The notes under the pieces are model-generated. The model saw nothing but the letters and a program-made list of their open reading frames with translations. It did no database searches and was not told where the DNA came from. The position numbers and the translations under genes were made by a program. From Pseudovirgaria hyperparasitica (taxonomy: Eukaryota): a stretch of DNA of 64,000 nt. The stretch lies in the NCBI GenBank assembly GCA_010093815.1, contig ML996565.1. One strand, given 5' to 3'. Shown here one piece after another: positions 53,590-64,000 of the stretch (position 1 is its first letter; each line of letters starts with the position of its first letter).

Positions 53590-56500
53590 CTATGTCTCTT
53601 TTACCTTCTTCCTTTTAGGCGGCCGTCCTTAGCGCTAAACTATACTAAAAAATATCGAATCGCTATACTTTAGTATAATTCTCTATGATTCCGCGGCTTC
53701 CTTTGCTAATCGCTACTTATATACTAATATTAGTACTTTACTAATATTTATTATAGGTTCCCAAGTATCTTCGTTAGGATTATATTCTTTCTAATGAATT
53801 TTATATAGCCACGTGCTATCTTCGGCGCGTTACTAGCTAAGTATCTACTTAACTTCGTAGATATCTATACCTTCTTACGTAACTACTTTATGTAGTATCT
53901 ATTCGGAACGATCCGGTAATAATAAGGCATGAAATGGCTCGAGAAGCGTAATATAGAATATATTATATATCTTTAATATAGAAGGGAGTTATAACTCGTA
54001 CGCCTGGTTATTAATTATACGAGTAATCTTATATAGACCTATTATTATATAGTTAAGCTTCTTCTTTAGCCTAATACTACGAATATTCTTACTATTTAGT
54101 AAAACTTTGTCCCTAATATTAAAGATCATGGGTTTTCTACCCTTATTATAGTGCGATTTACTATAATCCATAGTATCTTATAGTAACTTTATAACACTTC
54201 TTTACGTTTAGAATAGTTCTATAGTAATTTCTATTACTTTAACGTTAGGTTATTCTACTTTAAACTAAGTCTCTAAGAACTATATATTATAGTTCTAACT
54301 AAAGTTTACTTTAAATGGACTCACGTAGATTAATATATATTAACTATTATTATACACGAATTCCGCGATATAGACTAACCTTACCTAGTTATCCTACTTA
54401 TAGTTATAATATATATATAAATACGCCTCGACTATCTAATTCTACCGCTCTATCTATCTATCTATTTATAGATAGAATATAGTACTAAGTTTCCGCTTAA
54501 TTTCTAGCGTATAGTAGAAATCCTTCTAAAATTTAGATATTATCTACGGACCTCTATCTAAAACTATACTATTTAGTATACTATAGAGCCGAACTATGTT
54601 ATAGAGTAGTATATCTATAAGATCCGGTACTTAGATTATCTTCCTTATAGGGATATAGTATAATATCTTTATAAATCTATCTAGAACTATAAGTAAACTA
54701 TTATAAATATACCTAGAATACTTACTTAGGGGTAGATCTATAATAAAATCTATTAATAATTCCTTCTATACCTCCTTTAGTATAGGTAATAGCCTTAATT
54801 TACTATATAGTAAGTATCTATATACTTTCGTATACTAGTAAACATTATATATTTTTATATAGTCCTTTATATATTTATAAAGACCTAGCTAGTTATATAT
54901 TCTTCGGATTAAATTAACTATCCTTATAATACTAAAGTATTCTACTAACGCGTAATCGTGCTATTCCCTTAAAATATTAATTCATAAGCTATCTTCCGGT
55001 ATATAGAGTTAGCCTTAGAAGTAGATTGCGTCTAATTATCGTTTCTACCTTAATAACTACGGCGGATCTATAGCGCTTTCTTTTATACTTATAACTTTCT
55101 TTACTAATATATCGGAATTCTAGATAGATTTAATTAAGTCTTTAAGGGTTTTCTTATTTCCTTAGACGTTTATTTAGATTACTTAATACCCGCTCTAATT
55201 CCTACGGAGAATCGCCGAAAGTGTCCTAGCTTCTAGTATTCTATTAGATAACTAGTCTTATAGTATCTAAAGTATAGTATAGTCTAAATTATACTAACTA
55301 TCTACGTTATTCTATAACGATTTCTTATAATCTTTATACCGTGATAGAGGATTAGCTTTATTCTCTCTTCTAGCTTTATATAAGATTTTCAAGTTAAATA
55401 TTAATATCTACTTAGTCTAATATACTTATCGGCAATTAAGAACCTTAGTCGATATAAAGTAACGTAGATTTACGTAATCTAATAATAATTTAATCTAATA
55501 TACGGAGCCTTCTAAATAATATTACTATTACTTAAAACTCTTAATAATTATAAGTAGTTCCTAGTTGTGCGTATTATAACGCGTCTCTATATCTACTATT
55601 TTATAGAAAAAGAAGATAACCGGGTACTATTATACCTTATCTTTCGTATCTTTATATAGTTAACTAATAATTCTAGTAATTATAAATTCTAACGCGTTAG
55701 TTTCGACCTAAATATACTTCTTAGAATTAAAATACCTAAGAATCGGCGTAGTTATAAAGTAATTCTTTAATAATCGGAACGTATCTCGCGCTTCCGGCAT
55801 TAACTATATCTTAACCAACTTAGCTTTACACTATACTCGCCTATCTATAGAGATTTTACCACTATTCTCTATAAGTTTATTAAGCAACGCCGTAATTCGT
55901 AAGAAGCCTATAATAAATTTATAATAATAGTTTACAAAACCTATAAACATTCTAATTTAACGTATAGTAGTAGATTCTAGCCATTCTATAATAGTCTTTA
56001 CACGCTCCAGCTCTATTTTTAGGCCGCTATATATTATAATAAAGCTAAGAAACCTAACTTCTTATTAGTAAAACTCGTATTTAGATAATTTTATATAGAG
56101 TTTATACTACCTTAGACGATTTAGTACTAATTTCACGTATTCTTTATAATTCTATATACTATCGGAGTAAATTAGTATATTATTAAGATAAACTACGTAA
56201 ATCACGTTAAGTAATCCTATGAGTATAGTATTAATATATCCTTAAAACGCTTCTAGCGTATTTATTAGCCTAAATAGTATAATAGTATACTTAAAATAAC
56301 TATATCTAGTCCGAAATGCGGTTTTCTACTTATCTCCACAACAAATTCAAAGCCAGTAATATATATCTTATAAATCTAGCTTCATAAAGTACTTTACCTT
56401 TATTAATTAGTCTAAAGATTTACTAACTAGCGGTAATAGATAACGATTCTTCTTAGTTACTATATTTAGTATCTAATAGTTAACGTATAGATGTAAACTT

Positions 56501-56955
56501 CTGTCTTTCTTCTTTACATAGAGAATAGATATACCGGCTAATAATATACTATAACGTATCTAGCCTCTTTTAAGGTATTCTTTAATATATTTACGAAGAA
56601 CTTTAAGTTCTAGTCTTAAAAGTAGGTAAAGTAGGCTATAAAGGACGTCTACTCCCTCTTTAAGCTTAATCTTTAGCTTATATAGCCCGTGATTAGGGAG
56701 AAGTAATATATCTTCTACCGAAAACACATCCGTATACTATAAATATATATTAGATAGCGTATCTTTACCCCGATTATTACTATTATTCTTATCTTTATTA
56801 ATAATTAATAAGGATATAAGATAGATCGGCGATAATCGGGTCCGCACGGCGAGATTCTATACTATGAAAAGGGCAGGTATAAATAGATATATAATATTCC
56901 TTATATAAGGAATATATATCTAAATAGAGTTATATAATAGGATCTAGCCGTAATA
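53590..56955 (-). pseudogene. Family-B pol (RT-RNase H-integrase-chromodomain)
   Basis: RT VVYLNNILIYS (=YLDD, about 56165-56197); RNase H VETNALEF (about 55685-55708); integrase IVLDRGP (about 54550); GPY-like motif; chromodomain YEVK*IL...WLYKIH*KEYNPNEDTWEP (53755-53860); terminal GRPPKRKK. Confidence 0.93.
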
Positions 56956-57310
56956 NNNNNNNNNNNNNNNNNNNNNNNNNNNNNNNNNNNNNNNNNNNNN
57001 NNNNNNNNNNNNNNNNNNNNNNNNNNNNNNNNNNNNNNNNNNNNNNNNNNNNNNNNNNNNNNNNNNNNNNNNNNNNNNNNNNNNNNNNNNNNNNNNNNNN
57101 NNNNNNNNNNNNNNNNNNNNNNNNNNNNNNNNNNNNNNNNNNNNNNNNNNNNNNNNNNNNNNNNNNNNNNNNNNNNNNNNNNNNNNNNNNNNNNNNNNNN
57201 NNNNNNNNNNNNNNNNNNNNNNNNNNNNNNNNNNNNNNNNNNNNNNNNNNNNNNNNNNNNNNNNNNNNNNNNNNNNNNNNNNNNNNNNNNNNNNNNNNNN
57301 NNNNNNNNNN

Positions 57311-59150
57311 CTAATAAGGAAGTACCTTATATAAACTTATTAGATATAGTAGAGGTTAAGTTTACATATACCTCCTTACTAATAGTTATAACTTACTAGT
57401 ATAATTTACTATAGTATTATTAGAATATTAATATCTCCTTCTAAAAATTAAGGATGGGGTTTAGATATCTAAGCTAAGGTATCTCTAGAATTATATTCTA
57501 TTAGCTAATATTAGCTATAATAAATTTATTAGATATCTACTATTTTATTATCTTCGAGTTATAAACTTCGTAATTTATTATAGCTTTACCTAAAGTTCTA
57601 ACTTTATATCTATTAACTATAATAGTTTAGCTAACTTTACCGAGATTATACGATAATCTATACTCCTTTATAAGAATTAATAAAATATAGTTATCTTCTA
57701 TACTAGTATCTATAAGGGCCTATATAGTTTTATTACTATTTACTATAGGTAATAATACTTTTAGTAATATTAGGTCTTTACTTACTAGAAGGCGCTATAG
57801 CTCCTTCTAAGTATATATAATTTAGCTAAGAACGCGGTTAGATCTTATATACTAGCCTACTCTTTTTTCGGATTCTTATAGTTAGATAAAATATATTCTA
57901 TTTCTCTATACTTATAGTAACGAAGTATACTATAATCCTACTATTTTATAATAGGCGTTATATTTAAGTCTATACCTTATCCTTTTCTATATTAAGAAGT
58001 ACCGTCTCGATTATTTTAGTATTCTCTTAACGCGTTTCTACCCCGATTTACGCTCTTCTAGTACTAATTATAGTAAGGTTACTCTTAATCGAATGTATTT
58101 AATTAACCTCGTTTCTAACCCGTATAGAGTTTATTGGTTTTACCTAGAGAGCCGCGTTCCTTAAGAATGCGGTAGTATTTATTACCTTTCTCCTCTAATT
58201 TATATAGATAGTTAAAACTTAATAATACTATTTCTAGTCTTTTACGGATTAACGGAAGTAGTACTTCGCAAAACTAGAATATATAAATATTTTCCTATAG
58301 TATAGGGATATTATTCTATAGGTTTTAGAGGTATTATAGTAGTTAAGTAGGTGTCTAGTTTGGTTATTATACCACGCTTCTTAACTTAGATAGTACCTTT
58401 CTTTTACGTTCTCTATCCGTTCCGAGAGTGTTTAATATAAATATAGCTAAATATTTCTAGGTTATTATAGATAGTAGCTATACTTCCTTCTATCTATCCT
58501 ATTAATCGCGGGATTATAAGTCTAGGTATCGTTCTCTAAACGAAATATATTATACTTTAGTAGAAAAGAGTAGAGGGTTATTAAGGAAGTACTTTTCGTA
58601 GTCTCTCTTCTAGTCTTTCTACTCCTTTTAGTTCTTCTCTATAAATATAGTCGGGTCTTTAGATTTTAGTATACCTAGGGAAGGAGTAGAGTAAATTAGT
58701 AACGAAGCGGCCGGGTATATAGTAGATTATTATAACTCTAATAGTAGGTGAACTAATTCCGCCTAAATTAGTATAGGAAGTCGTCTATCTACTATTATTC
58801 GGCGTAGTTCTTTAAGAGACTTCTTAAGTTCTCGTCTCTTTATAAGGAGTTTCGTGCGTTCTACCTATTCTTTAAGGGTTTAAATCTCTTAAGTCTAATT
58901 CGCAACGTATTCCTAAAGTTTAGCGATAGTTTATTATAATATCTCGCGTAGCTCTACCACGACTTATTATCCTACTTTATATTATTAGAAGTTACTCGGC
59001 GTCTCTACTATTTCTTTATCTAAAAGCTCTATAATTCGGTCTAATATCTCTACTTCTTAGTTAGAAGCGGCTAGAATTAATACTAATTATAGAGGATCCC
59101 TATTATTTAATATAGTATTACTTATCCCTATAGTAGATCGCGTCGACCTT
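57311..59150 (-). pseudogene. Family-B gag/protease region
   Basis: Zinc knuckle YYKYREIEYILSNY (=CxxCxxxxHxxxxC, about 57878-57920). Possible protease NSRY (=DSGC, about 57533-57545). Adjoins the 5' LTR. Confidence 0.8.
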
Positions 59151-59204
59151 CTTAGTTCTAGTTAGACTATCTTAACTATAGTACTATATAGAGAGTAATT
59201 CGAA

Positions 59205-59432
59205 TATAAGAATAGGGTTATTAGATAGTAGTATAGTTAGATAGAATAATATAGTATATTCTATTATAGGACGAATTACTACTAAACCCTTTTAGTAGAA
59301 ATCTAAGAGTATATATATAAAGGGACGCCGATCTATCTAGTATATAACTATTTACCGCCCTTCACGCCACCTTCTAACCCTATTAGCTAAGGTATATATG
59401 GATTAGGTTATGCCTAAGGCTAAGTCCTAATA
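59205..59432 (-). repeat. 5' LTR of family B, carrying the B1 TSD
   Basis: Matches the other three copies and is followed by CCTTT. Confidence 0.95.
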
Positions 59433-60436
59433 CCTTTAGTATTTATACTAGCTATTCTAACTATAGATATTTAATACTAACTTTAGTATAGAATCTAATT
59501 ATTATATAAGCTACTAATTAGCCTATTTAAATATAGGAGAATCGCGCTATATATAATAGTACCCTTACTCTAGTTATTATACGCTATAGTATCTATAAGA
59601 CTAAGGCTCTCTTATTATAGCGGGCTTTATATATAAAGGCCTTTATTATCTACTCTCGCGGTTAGTAATACCTTCTTTAGAATTAGTTATTATATATATA
59701 CTTATATTAAACCTAGGATTTAAGAATACTATACTATATAAATAGATATATTTATATCTATAATAGTATAAATAAATTTAAGATGTATATAGACTATATT
59801 AGTCTATATAGCTACTTTAATAATATATACTCTAACTATATATATACTAAAGTAACTACCCGCTATAGTAAGAATTATAAGATTAAGAATATAAAGAATC
59901 TCTTATATAATAAGTTTACGTGCTATTTCTCTAATAGTCTACTATAGCTTTATCTATCTTTAGCTAGTAAGCGTATAGTAGATAGTCTTAGTAGCCCTCC
60001 TAGTATAAAACGTATTATATAATCTTAGAAAAGAACTAGTTAGTATAGATTTCTAGGGAGATAGGTATTATATAATATATAAAAGTTATATTATAAATAT
60101 ATAGTAGTAGAAATTAAAGAAATCTATACTTAAATCCTATAGAAATCTTAAGCTAATAACTTTATCTAATTAATACTATTAGATCTAGAAGGGACTTCTA
60201 TAGAAAATGGCTATAGAGACTTCTAACTTCTAACTTTGACTTCTGACTTTTGAGTTTTAGAAGTGTGGCCCGCTGACACATACCGTCCGCGGTAATCAGG
60301 CTAATCTACTCGCTACGACAGCTGAGTTTCGTGCGGCCTGGTCTGCAAGCCACACTGCGGGGTTCTTGATCTCTAGTAGAAACAGCTTTGTATCTTCACT
60401 TTTCTCCAAAAGCTGCGACGGAGTCTTTATCATATC

Positions 60437-62008
60437 ATGTTTGGTATGCAACGGGAGGCAATTCTTCGCAGAAGCCATTGGCAGCCTGGTCACAAGCTAT
60501 TAGCATATATCGAGGCTACCCAGCATCGATCTGAACAGGCACTTCCACCAAGTCTGCTCCGCGACTATCTAGAAGATGAAAATGTGTCGGCTTGGCTCAG
60601 TGGGCAAGAGCTGTCTGCAGATATAGAAGGAACTGCGGTCGATGTGGATGCTACGATACGTCTACTTGTGTCAGAGCAACCAACGTGGCATCAAACAATA
60701 ACGTCCTTTGGTATGAGCAAAGTCTCTTATCTGCAAGTTGAAAGGGCTTTTCAGATCCCAGAAGAGGCCCTTTCATGTTTCGAAACTACCCGAGGAAGAC
60801 ACACTTGCCATTTCGACTACGACGCAGATGGGCGCACTGTGGAATCTATAGGTATGCAGAGCTTGGTTTTTTCCAAGAAAATGTATTTATGAGAAACAGC
60901 CATCACCGTATCTTTTGCACCAATGTTCCAACTGGGTAACTTCAGTCTTGCGCTCAGATCTTATTGCAAGACTGGGAGAACGAGAGCCCTTCTACATGGT
61001 TCAAGTGTCATAGAAGCGAGAAACAAGGTTACGAATGAGGCGTCTACACCTCATATAGACTCCATACAGTGTTTCATCTCTCAAGCTGGACATCTCTTCA
61101 ATCACCCTCTCTTAATTCCAGTAGCCATGATGGAAGAACGCATCCGCCGCATGAGCTACCATCAAAGATTTGACTTGGGTCAACGTTTGCATCAAATAGA
61201 GGCTACTTTGGGCGTCACAAAGGCTGGCCGGAGGTTGCATCACAGCAAAGGCCTAGGGCCCGAGGGACTCATTGAAAGCGACCTTAAGCGAGCAGAGCTT
61301 ACTGTCAAGTTGAGTACAGCAATCACTGATGCCATTGGATTTACAAATACAATAAAATGCGACGCTCGTTTTATACAGTTCCTGCTGGACACCAACTTCC
61401 AGCTACTCAGAGAGGGACTGGTAGATGCAAGGCTACACAGAGACATGAAGGCGATTGTGTATGATCTGAAATGCGAATATGAATCAATAACGGAATACCA
61501 GCAAAGCCTAACAGCCAGATTACAGCTTCAGTTGAACGTGGTTAGTTTCTATTTAGTAAAATCTTTTACGGTCGGCTCACGTGCGTAGATGTACTCCTTC
61601 ATCGCTCAAGCCGATTCTTCTTTGTCTGTAGCCCAAGCAAAGCTATCCTCTGACGTAGCAGCGCTCAATTTCAACGTCGCTGCAGATGCAGGCCTAGATG
61701 CTGCTGCCATGAAAGCACTAGCTTTTGTTACCACTTTATTTCTACCTTCCACTTTTGTGGCTTCCATGTTTAGCATGTCCATGTTCAATTGGCAAGCGGT
61801 CACATCTTCTGGTACAGGTGAGCAAGTGGCAACGAGAGTTATTGTTCCCCAGTTTTGGATATATTGGGCGGTCAGCGTCCCCTTGACGGTCGGAGTGCTG
61901 GTGGTATGGCGATTTTGGTGGTATAATCAGAAGAAGAAATACGCTAAGAAATACACCCCAACTTGGGGTACAAGTGATCCAGGGCTAGGAAATAGTCACG
62001 ATGCTTGA
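60437..62008 (+). CDS. Fungal CorA-like transmembrane-domain protein; join(60437..60851,60900..61540,61589..62008), about 491 aa
   Basis: Two 48-nt GT-AG introns join three ORF-track pieces in frame. The C-terminus reads MKALAFVTTLFLPSTFVASMFSMSMFNW...FWIYWAVSVPLT. An additional in-frame 60-nt intron at 60444-60503 is possible. Confidence 0.88.
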
Positions 62009-64000
62009 GAGAATATCATAGATGCATAGCTGGGTACGACGGTCAATGGTCGCCAAGACAGGCACGGTTGAGCATTGCAGAGGCAAAAGCGAACGGTCTA
62101 TTTGGGGTTCGCGAACAGCATATAATTCGGTATATAACACAGAATCTCCTTGTTTATTTCTGATCTAAACTCGATTCGGAACATAATTAACCATGTGAGA
62201 AGTGGACAATGCTTTCACTGTCACCTCTTACGGTAGCATTAAATCCACATTTTCCATCCAACGCTCTTACACAATATCTGAGCACAGATTACCTTGACAT
62301 AATTTTGAACAACGTGGTAAGATACCAGCTTATCAACTGTGTGTTGACATGGGTAACATAACAGCAGCATTATTATCTCTAAGGCGGCGTCCCTACCCCT
62401 AAATCACCATCTGCAAACGGCTCGACCACGAACCGCGCAGAGCACCACTATTGCAGCTGTAGGCTTGTTGCTTTCTTCTTGTTGTCAGAAAACGATGCCT
62501 TTGAGTTTATGGGATCAGCAGTGGCTTCATCTGGAAGGAGCTCAAAGAATATGTCAATGTGGCCACAGATATCCGACCATTGAAGATGAATTGGCTCATC
62601 AGAAAAGCGACCAATCGCAGGTTGGCAAATATCTTCACATGCGGTCCGCATCCATGGTATGATATCTAGGAGGAGGATCCCATTCATCTCTGAGGCTGCA
62701 AAGCTCGGCGCAGGAGAACAATGACGATGTCCATAGGTTGGGGAAAGATCTGAAAGCTTGCTATAGGGCAGTATTATGATCAGGGCTATCCTTCAAAATT
62801 CATCACTAGCCTTGCTAAACAGGAGTATATTAGATCTCAAGGGTGGCCGTCCTGCTTAAGACTTAAAAATTCTACACCGTACATTATCAACGCCGAGCCA
62901 TGGGCTTTGACTGATACAAGACAATTCGGTTTTAGACTACAACAAAGCATTTCTCAGAACTGATGAACGATGGCTTTTTGAACCATAAAGCGGATTGCAG
63001 TGACTGCTAGCTCGAGTATACTTGTCTCCGGTCCTATCGTGGCGACCCTTGTTCTCGAATCATGCAGTAGGTTGTAAAATTCGATGCGCAAAGTCTAGAT
63101 TAGTTGAGCCTTTTTGTGGAATATAAAGCGTATTATCTCTTGGTTGGTGGCTTCCTTTCCGACGCGGCAACCAAGTTTTGGACCTTAATCCATTGTATAA
63201 CCTGATACACACCTGCTGGTCCATGAGTCGCCGTATATGCATCTACGCTTCTTAGCTGAGGATCCTCCTAGGAGGCCAACTCTGTGTTCGTCTGGCGACG
63301 TTGTCAAGCACCCCTTTGATGCGTCCCAGGGTGCGGCGCTTTTCTTGATAGCTGGCTGCGAGTCCTTGAAGTTTCGCAAGTTTACATAACTGATAGCACG
63401 TAAGCTTTTCTTTATTGCCTGTCCCATATTGCTCAGCTGATTGTGGCCAGGGCCCCCAGATCGGTAGCAGAACATTGTCAAACAGAATTCCTGTCTCCAA
63501 TCAGTGGCTTGCGATGTTTCGTATACAATAAATGCTGCACGTCAGGTATTAAAATTACTTTTTGGCATCGTTGCAGATACTTATCATCAGTTCTTGTCAA
63601 CAATCAAGGTATAATGAGACATTCTTGGAGCACCCTGAAAGATCCCATTTTTAAGCCGTGTCGAATCAGATCAGTGCGCTTCTGCAACACGATGCGGCTT
63701 TATCCAATGGGAACCTGTACTTCAAGGACTTCGAGGAGTGTCTCAACAACGAAAGACCAATTCACGGTCTAGATTGTCATCTCTGAGGTGTCACTGGAGC
63801 TCGCTCTCAAGTATGCTCATGACGAGACTCCATGTATGTTTTCTCGACAGGACCCATGACAGTATTCACTCACATCCACTGTAATCAATTACAGTAATAC
63901 CCATCCTGGTATTTCTTTTCAGAAGCTGGAGTAGGTTCAAGAAAGGACCGCAGAGGTAAGTGAGCGAGCTATCTGACCCATCCTTTGTAGGAGAATGCAT

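Larger units (their letters stand above)
4088..59432 (-). mobile_element. Outer chromovirus-type Ty3/gypsy retrotransposon B1 enclosing the nest
   Basis: LTRs at 4088-4315 and 59205-59432 (TGTAAG...CTAATA). 5-bp TSD CCTTT at 4083-4087 and 59433-59437. PPT (plus-strand gttatccccttcctt) follows 4315. Confidence 0.9.
1..60230. other. RIP-mutated AT-rich transposon block
   Basis: Visible excess of TA and near absence of CA/TG. Conserved TE motifs carry TAA/TAG where Gln/Trp are expected and TAT/TAC where Cys/His are expected. Composition returns to normal abruptly near 60,240. Confidence 0.97.

Noticed and set aside
17685..54171. Short ORF-track entries inside the RIP block as functional genes
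   Set aside because: They are stop-bounded fragments or alternate-frame shadows of RIPed TE genes.
60296..61803. Minus-strand ORFs overlapping the CorA-like gene
   Set aside because: Antisense shadows with no recognisable features.
62448..63772. Short overlapping ORFs downstream of the CorA-like gene
   Set aside because: No recognisable domain or convincing splice model. A degenerate or spliced gene cannot be excluded.

Overview
This is a filamentous-ascomycete (Pezizomycotina-type) window. Bases 1 to about 60,230 are AT-rich, TpA-enriched and CpA/TpG-depleted, the signature of repeat-induced point mutation (RIP), and consist of nested, inactivated transposons. From about 60,240 the composition is ordinary, with one intact spliced gene ending in a CorA-like two-helix C-terminus (60437-62008). 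LTR ends and target-site duplications (TSDs) resolve the nest. A minus-strand chromovirus (family B, 228-bp LTRs, TSD CCTTT) spans 4088-59432. A second B copy is inserted into its chromodomain. Inside that copy lies a DNA element (D) of about 45 kb (about 21.6 kb net) with a Plavaka/CACTA-type transposase, an Upf1-like SF1 helicase with three zinc knuckles, a SNF2 ATPase and several unknown ORFs. D carries two inverted 11.4-kb Ty3/gypsy copies (family A, 372-bp LTRs, 4-bp TSDs), each with an extra ORF containing a PhyH-like 2OG-Fe(II) dioxygenase. D also carries a 601-bp TRIM with a self-priming site and a split tRNA-like Pol III promoter. All protein calls in the RIP block come from reverting C>T/G>A changes by eye, so they are inferences that need HMM confirmation.
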